Shown: positions 8,991-19,221, numbered from the stretch's first letter. The stretch is DNA of 64,000 bases from Elusimicrobiota bacterium (GCA_003452935.1 DMMY01000016.1:142009-206008), one strand, 5' to 3'. Notes: generated by a model from the sequence alone, not told the origin. Numbers and translations: made by a program.

Positions 8991-10162
8991 AGACGGACGC
9001 AGACCTCCTGGGCCTTGCGCCTCGCCCATTGATCGATTTCAACGACTTCCGAGAACCCGGGCAGGCGCCCGCTTCCCCGGAAAGCCTTCATGCCGCGCTC
9101 CACGACCCGCGCGATGTCCGTGAAACGGATGCGCCCCGCGACGAAAGCCTCGACCGCCACTTCGTCGGCGGCGTTGAGCACCGCGGGCATGCCGCCCCCG
9201 TCCCGGGCCGCCTGACGCGCCAGCGCCAGGCACGGGAAGCGCCGGAAATCCGGCTCGCGGAAGGTCAGTTCCCCGGCCTTGGCCAAGTCGAGCCGCTCGA
9301 CGACCCTGACGGCGCGCTCCGGATAAGTCAGGGCGTATTGGATGGGCAGGCGCATGTCCGGGGGGGACATCTGGGCCAGAACCGAGCCGTCCGAAAACTC
9401 CACGCAGGAATGCACGATGGATTGCGGGTGGATCACGATCTCGACTTGATCGCGCCCGAGGCCGAAGAGATTCATGATCTCGATGGACTCGAAGCCCTTG
9501 TTCATCAAGGTGGCGCTGTCGATGGTGATCTTGCGCCCCATCTTCCAGGTCGGATGGCGCAGGGCCTCGGCCACGGTGACGCGGTCCAGGCTGCCCTGGC
9601 GCCTGTAAAACGCCCCGCCCGACGCGGTCAAAAGGACGCGGCGCACGGCCTGGCCGAGCTGTCCATGCACGCACTGAAAAATCGCGGAAGGCTCCGAATC
9701 CACCGGTATGATGCGCGCTTCCCAGCGCCGGGCCTCGTTCATGAACTGGGCGCCGGCCATGACCATGGGCTCCTTGTTGGCCAGGGCCACGGTCTTTCCC
9801 GCGCGGATCGCGGCCAGAAGCGGGGCGAAGCCCACGCCGCCGACCAGGCTGGTCAGGACCACGTCCACGTCCGGATGCGAGGCCATCTCCACCAAGCCGT
9901 CGACCCCCGAGCCCAGCCGCCGCGCGCCGCAGCAGCGGCGCGCCAGCTTCTCTGCGCAGGCGTGGTCGAAAAGCGAGATCATGGCCGGCTTGTGCTTGCG
10001 GGCCTGCTTGAGAAGCAGGCCGCCGTTGGAATGGGCGGCCAGCCCCGCCACCTCAAAGGCTCCGGGCATGGCCTCGATGACGCTCAGGGCGCTCAATCCG
10101 ATCGAACCGGTCGAGCCCAGAATCGCGATTCTCTTGGGCCGGGAGGCGGGAGTCTTTTTCAT
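8987..10162 (-). CDS. dxr: 1-deoxy-D-xylulose 5-phosphate reductoisomerase
   Basis: IAILGSTGSIGLSALSVI NADPH-binding N-terminus; full Dxr length. Confidence 0.95.
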   Translation of the reverse strand: MKKTPASRPKRIAILGSTGSIGLSALSVIEAMPGAFEVAGLAAHSNGGLLLKQARKHKPAMISLFDHACAEKLARRCCGARRLGSGVDGLVEMASHPDVDVVLTSLVGGVGFAPLLAAIRAGKTVALANKEPMVMAGAQFMNEARRWEARIIPVDSEPSAIFQCVHGQLGQAVRRVLLTASGGAFYRRQGSLDRVTVAEALRHPTWKMGRKITIDSATLMNKGFESIEIMNLFGLGRDQVEIVIHPQSIVHSCVEFSDGSVLAQMSPPDMRLPIQYALTYPERAVRVVERLDLAKAGELTFREPDFRRFPCLALARQAARDGGGMPAVLNAADEVAVEAFVAGRIRFTDIARVVERGMKAFRGSGRLPGFSEVVEIDQWARRKAQEVCVRL

Positions 10163-10941
10163 TTCATCACCAGGAAATAGTAGGCGGCGGGCGCGGCCAG
10201 GATAAAGGAGTCGAAACGGTCCATCACTCCGCCGTGCCCGGGCAGAAGGTTGCCCGAATCCTTGAGCCCGACCGCGCGCTTGATCATGGACTCGGCCAAG
10301 TCCGATAGCTGGCCGCAGACGCCGATGATGACCCCCAGCGCGGCCGCGCCGCGCCAGCCCAAGGTCTCAAGACCCAGAAGCCGCGCCATGAGCACGACGC
10401 CGCCCACGGCGCAAAGCAGGCCGGCCGTCGCCCCTTCCCAGGTCTTCTTGGGGCTCAAGCCCTCGGCAAGCTTGCGCCGGCCCAAGGTCTTGCCCGCAGC
10501 GTAAGCCGCGCTGTCCATGAGCCATACGGCCGAAAAGAGGATGTAGGTCAGTTTTTCTCCGTCGGGCCGCAACTCCCGCACCAGGGCCAGGTGCGCGGGG
10601 AGCCAGCCCAGGAACAGGGCTCCGAAAAGCGTGAAGCTGAGCCGTTCCAAGGACCGCACGCGGCCGAACATCTCGCGCAGCACGATCGCGGCCACGGCCG
10701 CGGTCAAGATCGCCTCGCCGGGACCGGCCAGGGCCACGCTCATGGCCAGGGCCGCGCCGCACGCGAGCAAGACGACCCTCTGCACGGGCCGCCCGCCCGC
10801 GACCAGGGCTTGGCCGTACTCGAACACGCACAAGCCGCATACCGCGACGACGAAAGCCGCCCACGCCAGGCCTCCGCAGTGGATGAGCAGCAGCACCAGC
10901 GGGATGCCGAGGGCGGCCGTCATGAGCCGGGGCAAAAGCAT
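10159..10941 (-). CDS. cdsA: Phosphatidate cytidylyltransferase CdsA
   Basis: C-terminal GHGGVMDRFDSFILAAP signature. Start trimmed to MLLPRLMTAALGIP at 10941 (ATGA overlap with the uppS stop); the ORF-track N-extension is spurious. Confidence 0.85.
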   Translation of the reverse strand: MLLPRLMTAALGIPLVLLLIHCGGLAWAAFVVAVCGLCVFEYGQALVAGGRPVQRVVLLACGAALAMSVALAGPGEAILTAAVAAIVLREMFGRVRSLERLSFTLFGALFLGWLPAHLALVRELRPDGEKLTYILFSAVWLMDSAAYAAGKTLGRRKLAEGLSPKKTWEGATAGLLCAVGGVVLMARLLGLETLGWRGAAALGVIIGVCGQLSDLAESMIKRAVGLKDSGNLLPGHGGVMDRFDSFILAAPAAYYFLVMK

Positions 10942-11666
10942 CAGCGCCCTCCGAAGCGCCGGTCGCGGCGCTGAAATTCGGCCAGAGCCGCGTGCAGATC
11001 CGCGCGCTTGAAATCCGGCCAGAGCACGGGCGTCACGTAAAGCTCGGCATAGGCCACCTGCCAGAGCAGAAAATTCGAAAGCCGCATCTCGCCCGAGGTG
11101 CGGATCACCAAGTCGGGCTCGGGCAGGCCGGCCGTATAAAGAGCGCCCGAAAAATCCTCCTCGCCGATGGAACGCTTTCCCGAGGCCAGCAGGGCGTTGA
11201 CCGCGTCCAGTATCTCCTGGCGCGCCCCGTAATTGAGCGCGAGGTTGAGACACAGTCCCGTGTTGCCCTTGAGCCGTTCGATGGAGCGGGCCAGTTCCGC
11301 GCGCAGGGATTTGGGCAGGCCCTCAAGACGACCGATGGCGCTCAGGCGCACGTTGTTCTTGTCGAGCTCCAAGGTCTCGCGGCGCAGGGCGAAGGAGAGA
11401 AGACCCATCAAATCGCTCACCTCGTCCTGGGGCCGATTCCAGTTCTCCGTCGAAAAGGAGTAAAGCGTCAGCACCGGGATATTGAGCGCCGATGCGGCTT
11501 TGACCATCTCGCGCACCGTCTCGACTCCCGCCTTGTGGCCGGCCAGGCGCGGCAGGCCCTTGGCCTTGGCCCAACGGCCGTTGCCGTCCATGATGATGGC
11601 CACGTGGCGGGGCAAACGGCTCACATCCAAGCCTGGTACGGAAGAAGAGGCAGGAGAGGTTTTCAC
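10941..11666 (-). CDS. uppS: Undecaprenyl-diphosphate synthase (isoprenyl transferase) UppS
   Basis: HVAIIMDGNGRWAKAKGLPRLAGHKAG cis-prenyltransferase motif. Confidence 0.9.
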   Translation of the reverse strand: MKTSPASSSVPGLDVSRLPRHVAIIMDGNGRWAKAKGLPRLAGHKAGVETVREMVKAASALNIPVLTLYSFSTENWNRPQDEVSDLMGLLSFALRRETLELDKNNVRLSAIGRLEGLPKSLRAELARSIERLKGNTGLCLNLALNYGARQEILDAVNALLASGKRSIGEEDFSGALYTAGLPEPDLVIRTSGEMRLSNFLLWQVAYAELYVTPVLWPDFKRADLHAALAEFQRRDRRFGGR

Positions 11667-11763
11667 GAAGTTCCTTTATAAACGGATGCCGATAAAACAG
11701 AGCCGACGGCCTTCGGCCGTCGGTGGCGCGCGCTCCCTCGGAGCGCGCGCTCGCACAAAAACA

Positions 11764-12336
11764 TTAAACGGTGGTGATTTCCTTCTCTTTGCCGGCCACG
11801 GTCTCGTCGACAAAGCGAACGTACTGGTCGATGACCTTTTGGATCTTGGCCTCGAGGAGCTTGAGCTCGTCCTGGCTGATCTCCTTGCCCTTCTCCGCCT
11901 TCTTGACCTTCTCCAGGGCGTCATGGCGGTCCGTGCGCAGGCCCACCTTGGCTTCCTCGCCCATGCGCTTGACCACCTTGACGAGTTCCTTGCGCCGCTC
12001 CTCGTTCATGGCCGGCATGGACAGGCGGATCATCTTGCCGTCGTTGATGGGCTGGGCGCCCAGATCCGCCTTGGAAAGGGCCTTTTCCAAATCCTTGAGC
12101 ACCGAAGGGTCCCAGGGCCTGATTTCCAGGGTGCGCGCCTCGGGCACGGAGACCGCGGCCACCTGCTTGAGCGGCACCTGCTGGCCGTAATACTCCACCT
12201 TGACGTTCTCCAAGAGCATGGGATTGGCCCGTCCGGTGCGCAGGGCGGAGAAGTCCCGGCCCAAGCGGGTCAGGCGCTCCTTCATGCTCTCTTCCATTTT
12301 CACGACGACGGCGTTGACGGCTTCAGTGATCGGCAT
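11764..12336 (-). CDS. frr: Ribosome recycling factor
   Basis: MPITEAVNAVVVKMEESMKERLTRLGRDFSALRTGRANP. Start trimmed to the ATG at 12336. Confidence 0.9.
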   Translation of the reverse strand: MPITEAVNAVVVKMEESMKERLTRLGRDFSALRTGRANPMLLENVKVEYYGQQVPLKQVAAVSVPEARTLEIRPWDPSVLKDLEKALSKADLGAQPINDGKMIRLSMPAMNEERRKELVKVVKRMGEEAKVGLRTDRHDALEKVKKAEKGKEISQDELKLLEAKIQKVIDQYVRFVDETVAGKEKEITTV

Positions 12337-12338
12337 GA

Positions 12339-13052
12339 TTACTCCGTGATCCAGGTCCCGACTTTCTTTCCGCAAGCCGCCTTGGCGATATTGCCCTCGA
12401 CGGCCAGGGCGAACACCGCGATGGGCATGCGGTTCTCCAAACATAGGGTCAAGGCCGTGGCGTCCATGACGCGCAGACGGCGGCGGATGGCCTGCATGAA
12501 GGTCACCCGGGAAAGCTTCCTGGCCCGGGGATTGGTCTTGGGGTCGTCGCTGTAGACCCCGTCGACCTGCGTGGCCTTGAGCAGGACGTCGGCCTCTATC
12601 TCGACGGCGCGCAGGGCCGCGGCCGTATCCGTCGTGAAATAGGGATTGCCCGTGCCGCCCGCGAATATGACCACGCGCCGCTTCTCCAGGTGCCGGATGG
12701 CGCGGCGGCGGATGTAAGCCTCGGCGAGCTTGGCTATCTCGATGGCCGTCTGCACCCGCGTAGGCACGCCCTGATCCTCGAGCGCGTCCTGCAGGGCCAG
12801 GGCGTTGATGACGGTCGCGAGCATGCCCATGTAATCGGCCGTGACCCGGCCGATGGCTTGGCCGCGGTCCTTGGCCCCGCGCCAGATGTTGCCGCCTCCC
12901 ACCACGACCCCGATCTGGCTGCCGTGGGACCAGGCGCGCTTGATCTCGGTCGCGATGCGCACCAGGGAGGGGGAATCAATGCCGCGCTTGGCCCCGCCCC
13001 CCAGGGATTCCCCGGAAAGCTTGAGCAGGACGCGCCGAGCTTTGGCTGGCAT
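12339..13052 (-). CDS. pyrH: UMP kinase
   Basis: RVLLKLSGESLGG ... GVVVGGGNIWRG. Confidence 0.95.
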   Translation of the reverse strand: MPAKARRVLLKLSGESLGGGAKRGIDSPSLVRIATEIKRAWSHGSQIGVVVGGGNIWRGAKDRGQAIGRVTADYMGMLATVINALALQDALEDQGVPTRVQTAIEIAKLAEAYIRRRAIRHLEKRRVVIFAGGTGNPYFTTDTAAALRAVEIEADVLLKATQVDGVYSDDPKTNPRARKLSRVTFMQAIRRRLRVMDATALTLCLENRMPIAVFALAVEGNIAKAACGKKVGTWITE

Positions 13053-13894
13053 TATTCGCCGAGCGTGTAGCGGGCGAAGCGGACGACCTTGACCTCGCCG
13101 CCGGCCTTGGAGGAGGCTTCCTTAATAATGCTGGATACCGGAGTCTTGTTGTCGCGCACGCTCATTTGCTCGAGCAGGCAAAAGGCCTGGTAAAAAAGCT
13201 TATTAAGCTTGCCTTCCAGTATCTTGCCGATGGCGGCCTCGGGCTTGCCTTCCTTGCGCAAAATCTCGGTGTGGATCTCCCGCTCCTTGGCCACGTCCGC
13301 GGCCGGGACGTCCTCCCGGCGTAAATACTTGGGCGAAAAGCCCACGATCTGAAGCAGAAGCTCCTTGGCCAACTCGGCTACGGCCGGATGCTGGGACGCG
13401 GCCGCGCTGGAGGCCGAGAGCTCGATCAAAGCGCCCTTCTTGGCGCCCAGATGGATGTAGCCCGCGATAAGACCCTCGCCCGAAAGCTCGAAGCGGTCCA
13501 AACGGCGCAGTCCCATATTCTCGCCCATCTTGCCCTGGACCGGCTGGACCAGGGGCAGGCCGTCCTCTACCCGGCGCAACTCGCCGCCGGCGGCCTTGAC
13601 GGCCAGAGTCTCGGCCAGTTTCTTGAACTCGTCGGTGCGCGCCACGAAATCCGTCTCGCAGTTGAGCTCCACGATGGCTCCGGACTTGCCGCATACGTGG
13701 AAGGCGACCGCGCCTTCCTTGGTGGCCCGGGCCGAGCGCTTGGCAGCGTCGGCCAAGCCCTTCTTGCGCAGGGCGGTCAAGGCGTCGTCTAGCCTGCCGC
13801 CCGCTTCCTCGAGCGCTTTCTTGCAGTCCGTCATGCCCGCTCCCGTCTTCTCGCGCAGCTCCTTGATAAGTTGGCCCAGTTCCATTGTCGCCAT
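13052..13894 (-). CDS. tsf: Elongation factor Ts
   Basis: TGAGMTDCKKALEEAGGRLDDALTALRKKG UBA-like N-terminus and EF-Ts dimerisation domain. Confidence 0.9.
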   Translation of the reverse strand: MATMELGQLIKELREKTGAGMTDCKKALEEAGGRLDDALTALRKKGLADAAKRSARATKEGAVAFHVCGKSGAIVELNCETDFVARTDEFKKLAETLAVKAAGGELRRVEDGLPLVQPVQGKMGENMGLRRLDRFELSGEGLIAGYIHLGAKKGALIELSASSAAASQHPAVAELAKELLLQIVGFSPKYLRREDVPAADVAKEREIHTEILRKEGKPEAAIGKILEGKLNKLFYQAFCLLEQMSVRDNKTPVSSIIKEASSKAGGEVKVVRFARYTLGE

Positions 13895-13896
13895 GG

Positions 13897-14802
13897 CTAT
13901 TCGAGCTCCTCGGCCACTTCGGCCAGCACGCGAGTCTTGGCCCGGCCCTTGGGCTTGGCCTTGGGAGCGGCGCCCTCGGGGCGCATCTCCTTCTCCCAGG
14001 CGTCCATGGCGTCCTCCATGGGCTGCTCCTCGGCCGAGACGGCTGCGGCCTCCGCGGTCTCGCCGGCCAGCATCTGCTGCTCGGCCTCGGCCACGGTGGA
14101 GGCGCTCTGCGCCGCGGCGTATGCGGCGGCGCCCTCGGCCACGGCGTCGGCGATCAGGCCGCAGAAAAGCTTGATGGAACGCGCCGCGTCATCGTTGCCC
14201 GGCATGGGATGGTCGATCAAGTCCGGGTCGCAGTCCGTGTCGCAGACGGCCACGATCGGGATCTTGAGGCGCCGCGCCTCGGCCACGGCCAGTTCCTCCT
14301 CGACGGAGTCGACCACGAACATGATGTCGGGAAGCTTGGTCAGCAAGCGGATGCCGGTCAGGACCTTCTTAAGGCGCGCCATCTCCTTGCCTAGGCGCGC
14401 GGCGTCCTTCTTGGGCATGACGCCCAGGATGCCGTCGGCCTGCCACTTCTCTATTTCCTCCAGCCGCTTGATGGAACGGCGGATGGTCATGAAGTTGGTC
14501 AGGGTGCCGCCGAGCCACTTATCCGAGACATAGGCCGCGCCGCAGCGCTGCGCCTCGGCGCGCAGTATCTCCTGGGCCTGTTTCTTGGTGCCGACGAAAA
14601 GGAAGGACTTGCCCGCGGCCGCCTGGTCGCGAACCCAGGCGTAGACCTTCTTGATCTCCTTGACGGTCTTCTGCAGGTCGATGATGTGGATGGCGTTGCG
14701 CTCGCCGAATATGAACCGGCTCATCTTCGGGTTCCAGCGCCGGGTCTGATGGCCGAAGTGAACTCCGGCCTCCAACATGGCCTTCATGGATACATTGATC
14801 AT
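13897..14802 (-). CDS. rpsB: 30S ribosomal protein S2 with an extended acidic/Ala-rich C-terminal tail
   Basis: [27 protein letters not shown]. Roughly 60 extra C-terminal residues rich in A/E/K. Confidence 0.95.
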   Translation of the reverse strand: MINVSMKAMLEAGVHFGHQTRRWNPKMSRFIFGERNAIHIIDLQKTVKEIKKVYAWVRDQAAAGKSFLFVGTKKQAQEILRAEAQRCGAAYVSDKWLGGTLTNFMTIRRSIKRLEEIEKWQADGILGVMPKKDAARLGKEMARLKKVLTGIRLLTKLPDIMFVVDSVEEELAVAEARRLKIPIVAVCDTDCDPDLIDHPMPGNDDAARSIKLFCGLIADAVAEGAAAYAAAQSASTVAEAEQQMLAGETAEAAAVSAEEQPMEDAMDAWEKEMRPEGAAPKAKPKGRAKTRVLAEVAEELE

Positions 14803-14942
14803 CCGCTGTGCTTATCCTCCGTGACTCCTGTGAATTGACTCCAAAATCCGGACAGTTAGTGATATTAGCAAATTCCCGGATATTTTGTCACGCCCATTTC
14901 CGGATCTTATATAGGAAATAACCGTTACCGAGGAAAACGGGC

Positions 14943-15875
14943 CTAGGCGCGGGCCCGGGCCGCCATGCAGGGCAGATGCGACGCCGCGTAGGCGCGCCAA
15001 GCCGGCTCAAAGCCGCGCATATGCTCCAGGCCCTGACGCGCGCCCAGCAGCGGCACGTCCACGCAGGAGCGGACCTTATCGGTCAGCAATATCGCTTCCT
15101 TGGGCCGGCGCGCCGGGGATTTGAAATCAGAGATCGACGCGGCCCTCACCAGTGACGCGTCGAGTCCGAAACAGCCGGCCGCCATGGCCGCCAGCTCATG
15201 ACGGCTCGCCGCGTCCGGACCCACCACGTGAAAAATCCCGCCCCGGTCCTTTTCGCTCAAAGCGACGGAGACCTCGGCGAGGTTCTCGGCGTAGGTGGCG
15301 GTGACCCGCGAGTCCGAGGCCGCCCGAACCTCAGCTCCGGCCCTGAGCCGTCCCAACACCTGCAACACGAAATTCTTGGGCTCCCATTGCCAGCCGAAAG
15401 CCGCAGCCGTGCGCAACACGAAGTTCCGTGAAGACGCGGCCAGGACCAGTTCCTCGGCCTCGGCTTTCTGCCGGCCGTACTCGTTGAGGGGGCAAACCGC
15501 GTCGTTTTCCTTATAAACGCCCTTGCGGCCGTCGAAGACATAATCCGAGGAGAAGAAGATCATCCGCGCGCCGATGTCTTGGCAGGCCCGGGCCACGTTG
15601 AAAGTCCCGGCCACGTTGACGCGCCGGGTCTCATCCGGATGAAGCTCGCAATAATCCACATGGGGATTGGCCGCGGGCACGGCCACGACTTCCGGGACCA
15701 GGCTCTCCAGGACGCGGCGCACCGCGCGCTCGTCTTGCATGTCGAGCCGGCTGAAATGCGGGCACGGATGGCAGTGGAACGTCGCGCCCACGACCCGGCG
15801 GCCGCGCCTGTCCCAGGCCCGCATGAGAGCGTTGCCCACCAAGCCCGTGCCGCCGATAACGAAAATTCCCGCCAT
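14943..15875 (-). CDS. NAD(P)-dependent sugar-nucleotide reductase, RmlD (dTDP-4-dehydrorhamnose reductase)-like
   Basis: GGTGLVGNAL Rossmann motif; FFSSDYVFDG ... YGRQKAEAE (the STDYVFDG / YxxxK signature of RmlD). Confidence 0.65.
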   Translation of the reverse strand: MAGIFVIGGTGLVGNALMRAWDRRGRRVVGATFHCHPCPHFSRLDMQDERAVRRVLESLVPEVVAVPAANPHVDYCELHPDETRRVNVAGTFNVARACQDIGARMIFFSSDYVFDGRKGVYKENDAVCPLNEYGRQKAEAEELVLAASSRNFVLRTAAAFGWQWEPKNFVLQVLGRLRAGAEVRAASDSRVTATYAENLAEVSVALSEKDRGGIFHVVGPDAASRHELAAMAAGCFGLDASLVRAASISDFKSPARRPKEAILLTDKVRSCVDVPLLGARQGLEHMRGFEPAWRAYAASHLPCMAARARA

Positions 15876-15912
15876 AGGGCAGGCATTATAACATATGTGC
15901 CTAAAATCCTAT

Positions 15913-15941
15913 TGACATGAATGTCGCATAGAAGTATATTC
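15913..15941 (+). promoter_or_regulatory. Sigma70-like promoter TTGACA-17-TATATT for the OM barrel/gmd genes
   Basis: TTGACA at 15913-15918, a 17-nt spacer, TATATT at 15936-15941. AGGAGA RBS at ~15963, ATG at 15975. Confidence 0.6.
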
Positions 15942-15974
15942 TCAAGGCAAATTTACTGTTCAAGGAGAATGCGA

Positions 15975-17231
15975 ATGAAGCGTCTCGCCTGTAATGTCGC
16001 AGCACTTGTCCTGGCCTTAGCAAGCCTGCCGGCCTTTGCCGAGTCCGACAAGCCCAACATCAAGCTCGGGCAATTGGCCCTGCATCCCTTCTATGGGATC
16101 GCGGCGACCTACGACGACAACATCTACCTCGTGCCGCGCAACATCGACAACCACGCGGTGCAGGGCGGCGGCATCCGCGGTTCCTGGATCATGACCAACC
16201 GGCTCGGCTTGGGAGCGGAACTCCCCGTAGGCGAGATGAACAAGTTCAAGGCCGACTACGAGGTCCGTTCCGACGTATACAAGACCCAGCCCTCGGCCAA
16301 CAACGCCATCTCCCAGAAGGCCAACGGCTCATACGACTTCAAGGGTTCCTGGCTCAAGGCCCGTATTTTCGACAGTTACATCAACACCCAGGACCCGGCC
16401 TTCAACCCCAACAACACCGCCGTGGCGGGCGAACTCGTGGCCCGCGAGCGGCGCTGGCAGAACACGGCCGGCGCCTCGGCCGAGTACTTCCTCGGCGAGA
16501 AGTTTTTCATCGGCGCCGACGGTTCGGACACGGTGCAGAAATACCTCAGCAAGGTCCTGAGCAAGAAGCTCAACCGCTCCGAAGTCGTCTTCGGATTCAA
16601 GACCGGATACAAGCTCGCGCCCAAGACCCGCCTCTACGTCGCGGGGCACCGCTCCATGACCCATTACAACGCGGGCGTCGCCGCGGACCACGTGGCCAAC
16701 AGTCGCGCCTGGCTCGCGGACGCGGGCGTCGAGGGCGAGTTGACCCCCAAGCTCAAGGGCCAGATCCAGGGCGGTTTCGTCTACCGGCAGCACGACCACG
16801 ACAACGCCTTCGCCCTGAGAAAATCCGTGGCGCGCACCTGGACCACCATGGTCAGCCTGGATTTCAAGCCCACGCAAAGCGACACGATCAAGCTCTCGGC
16901 TAACCGCGGCTTAGTCGACGCGATCACGGGCGGCAACTACTACACCACCACCGGCGGCACCCTGGACATCGCCCACACCTTAAACAAGGTGACCTTCGGC
17001 CTCAACGGCGGCGCGCAGAACGACAAATACTCCGAGGTGATCACGGCCGGCGGCTTGACCGCGCAGCGCCGCGACAACACCTACTCGGTCGGCGCCAAGC
17101 TCGACTATAAGATCCAGGAGTGGCTCATCGCCAGCGCCAACTACAAGCGCCTGGCCCGCTACTCGAACTTCAGCCGCGAGTACAACTACAAGGACAACCG
17201 CTCAACGGTCGAGCTCAAGCTCGCCTTCTGA
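15975..17231 (+). CDS. Outer-membrane beta-barrel protein, polysaccharide-locus associated
   Basis: Signal peptide MKRLACNVAALVLALASLPAFA, alternating beta-strand pattern, C-terminal ...VELKLAF. Start trimmed to the ATG at 15975 behind the RBS. Confidence 0.55.
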   Translation: MKRLACNVAALVLALASLPAFAESDKPNIKLGQLALHPFYGIAATYDDNIYLVPRNIDNHAVQGGGIRGSWIMTNRLGLGAELPVGEMNKFKADYEVRSDVYKTQPSANNAISQKANGSYDFKGSWLKARIFDSYINTQDPAFNPNNTAVAGELVARERRWQNTAGASAEYFLGEKFFIGADGSDTVQKYLSKVLSKKLNRSEVVFGFKTGYKLAPKTRLYVAGHRSMTHYNAGVAADHVANSRAWLADAGVEGELTPKLKGQIQGGFVYRQHDHDNAFALRKSVARTWTTMVSLDFKPTQSDTIKLSANRGLVDAITGGNYYTTTGGTLDIAHTLNKVTFGLNGGAQNDKYSEVITAGGLTAQRRDNTYSVGAKLDYKIQEWLIASANYKRLARYSNFSREYNYKDNRSTVELKLAF

Positions 17232-17243
17232 GCCGATTAGCCG

Positions 17244-18329
17244 GTGAAAACAGCCCTTATCACGGGGGTAACCGGCCAGGATGGCGCATACCTGGCCGAG
17301 TTCCTCCTTAATAAAGGATACGAGGTCCACGGCATCAAGCGTCGGACCTCGCTGTTCAACACCAACCGCATAGACCACCTCTTCCAGGACCCGCACGAGA
17401 AGAAGCCGCGCTTCATCCTGCACTACGGGGACATGACGGACGCGACCAGCCTCATCCACACCGTGGGCAAGATCCGGCCCGACGAGATATACAACCTCGC
17501 GGCCCAAAGCCACGTGCAGGTGAGCTTCGAGAAGCCCGAATACACGGCCAACGCCGACGGACTGGGCACCCTGCGCATGCTGGAAGCCGTCCGCATATTG
17601 AACCTCGAAAAAAAGACCCGCCTCTACCAGGCCTCCACCTCGGAGCTCTACGGCAACGTCGGCGGCGCGTCCCAGGATGAGAACACGCTGTTCAGGCCCC
17701 GGTCCCCATACGCCGCGGCCAAGCTCTACGCCTTCTGGATCACGGTCAATTACCGCGAGGCCTACGGCCTCTACGCGTGCAACGGCATCCTCTTCAACCA
17801 CGAGTCCCCGATCCGCGGCGAGACCTTCGTCACGCGCAAGATCACCCGCGGCCTGGCCCGCATCAAGCTGGGCCTGCAGGACACGCTGTTCCTGGGCAAC
17901 CTTGACTCCCGGCGCGACTGGGGCCACGCGCGCGACTACGTGGAGATGATGTGGCTCATGCTCCAGCAGCCAGAGCCCGACGACTACGTGGTGGCGACCG
18001 GCGAGCAGCACACGGTGCGGGAATTCGTCGACGCCGCGGCCCGGGAGCTTTCCATGTCCCTGCGCTGGACGGGCAAGGGCGTGGCCGAAAAAGCGTTCTG
18101 GGGCAAGCGCGCCACGCCCGTCGTGTCCGTGGATCCGCGCTACTTCAGGCCCACGGAAGTGGAAAGCCTCTGCGGCAACGCGGCCAAGGCGCGCAAGAAG
18201 CTCGGCTGGAAGCCGCGCACCACTTTTCTCGAGCTGGTCCAAGAGATGGCCCGCGAGGACCTCCTGCGCGCCAAGAAAGAGCTGCTTTTCACCAAGCACG
18301 GCTACCCGGCCCTGCGCCGGCACGAATAG
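17244..18329 (+). CDS. gmd: GDP-mannose 4,6-dehydratase
   Basis: [43 protein letters not shown], a canonical GMD N-terminus. GTG start. Confidence 0.9.
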   Translation: MKTALITGVTGQDGAYLAEFLLNKGYEVHGIKRRTSLFNTNRIDHLFQDPHEKKPRFILHYGDMTDATSLIHTVGKIRPDEIYNLAAQSHVQVSFEKPEYTANADGLGTLRMLEAVRILNLEKKTRLYQASTSELYGNVGGASQDENTLFRPRSPYAAAKLYAFWITVNYREAYGLYACNGILFNHESPIRGETFVTRKITRGLARIKLGLQDTLFLGNLDSRRDWGHARDYVEMMWLMLQQPEPDDYVVATGEQHTVREFVDAAARELSMSLRWTGKGVAEKAFWGKRATPVVSVDPRYFRPTEVESLCGNAAKARKKLGWKPRTTFLELVQEMAREDLLRAKKELLFTKHGYPALRRHE

Positions 18330-18368
18330 CCCGGCGTTTGCAGTCAGGAAGACTACAACTTCCGGATA

Positions 18369-18397
18369 TTGACATTTTTCCGCTTAATACTTAATAA
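18369..18397 (+). promoter_or_regulatory. Sigma70-like promoter TTGACA-17-TAATAA upstream of wza
   Basis: TTGACA at 18369-18374 and TAATAA at 18392-18397. Confidence 0.5.
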
Positions 18398-18464
18398 ATA
18401 TCCTATTTATATTATCATGTATAAAAGAATACACCTTTTAACTGGAAATAGCCGGCCCGGCAAG

Positions 18465-18473
18465 TGATATAAT
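18465..18473 (+). promoter_or_regulatory. Extended -10 (TGaTATAAT) 9 nt upstream of the wza ATG, implying a near-leaderless transcript
   Basis: gtgatataat at 18464-18473; ATG at 18483; no SD in between. Confidence 0.45.
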
Positions 18474-18482
18474 CTTCTAGCT

Positions 18483-19151
18483 ATGAAACGAATTTTTCCG
18501 ACCTTCTGCGCCCTGGCACTGGGCCTGCAAGCCTGCGCCGGGATTAAACTGGGCTCTCCGAACTCGCCTGCGTCGCGCTCAACCTCCTCCCAGGAAAAGG
18601 CCGAGGAAGCCGCGCTGCAGTCCGTGCTGCAGAATCTCCAGACCAAAAAATCCGACTACAAGCTGGGCGGCGCGGACTTGATCGAGATCACGGTGTTCCA
18701 GCAGCCGGAGATGAGCCGCAGCCTGCGCGTGAGCCAAAACGGCACGATCACGTTTCCCTTGATCGGCACGGTGAAGGTAGGGGGGCTTTCGGTCGCCGAA
18801 GCCGAAGAAGCGCTCTCCACGAAACTCAAGGACTACGTCATCAGCCCGCAGATCACGATCTTCATCAAGGAATACGGCAACAAGAAGGTCTTCGTGCTGG
18901 GCGAGGTGACCAAGCCGGGCTCCTTCGAACTGCCCACCGAAGCCAAGCTGACCGTGCTGGAAGCGATTTCCTTAGCAGGAGGATTCACCGGCATCGCGGC
19001 ACCGGACCGCACCAAGGTGATCCGCAACATCGACGGCAAGAGCCAAAGCTTCAAGATCGTGGTCTCGGACATCACCTCGCGGGGGGAAAAGCACAAGGAC
19101 ATCCCCCTGGAGCCCAACGACGTGGTCTGGGTGCCGCAGAGCTTTTTCTAA
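18483..19151 (+). CDS. wza: Polysaccharide export outer-membrane lipoprotein, Wza-like (Poly_export + SLBB)
   Basis: Lipobox LGLQAC; FPLIGTVKVGGLSVAEAEEAL and GEVTKPG motifs of the polysaccharide export family. Confidence 0.8.
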   Translation: MKRIFPTFCALALGLQACAGIKLGSPNSPASRSTSSQEKAEEAALQSVLQNLQTKKSDYKLGGADLIEITVFQQPEMSRSLRVSQNGTITFPLIGTVKVGGLSVAEAEEALSTKLKDYVISPQITIFIKEYGNKKVFVLGEVTKPGSFELPTEAKLTVLEAISLAGGFTGIAAPDRTKVIRNIDGKSQSFKIVVSDITSRGEKHKDIPLEPNDVVWVPQSFF

Positions 19152-19212
19152 ATTTTCTCACCTCGATTTTCCCGCATGCCATATAAACCCCTAAGAGCAA
19201 ATTCGCCCGAAT

Positions 19213-19221
19213 TGCTATAAT
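19213..19221 (+). promoter_or_regulatory. Extended -10 box aattgcTATAAT at the left edge of the low-GC island
   Basis: TG at 19213-14 and TATAAT at 19216-21. An identical aattgctataat string recurs at 24560-24571. Confidence 0.4.

Noticed and set aside
6246-10180. Antisense ORFs 6246..7208 (320 aa) and 9029..10180 (383 aa)
   Set aside because: They are opposite nusA and dxr respectively, have Arg/Gly/Asp-rich low-complexity translations, and no motifs.
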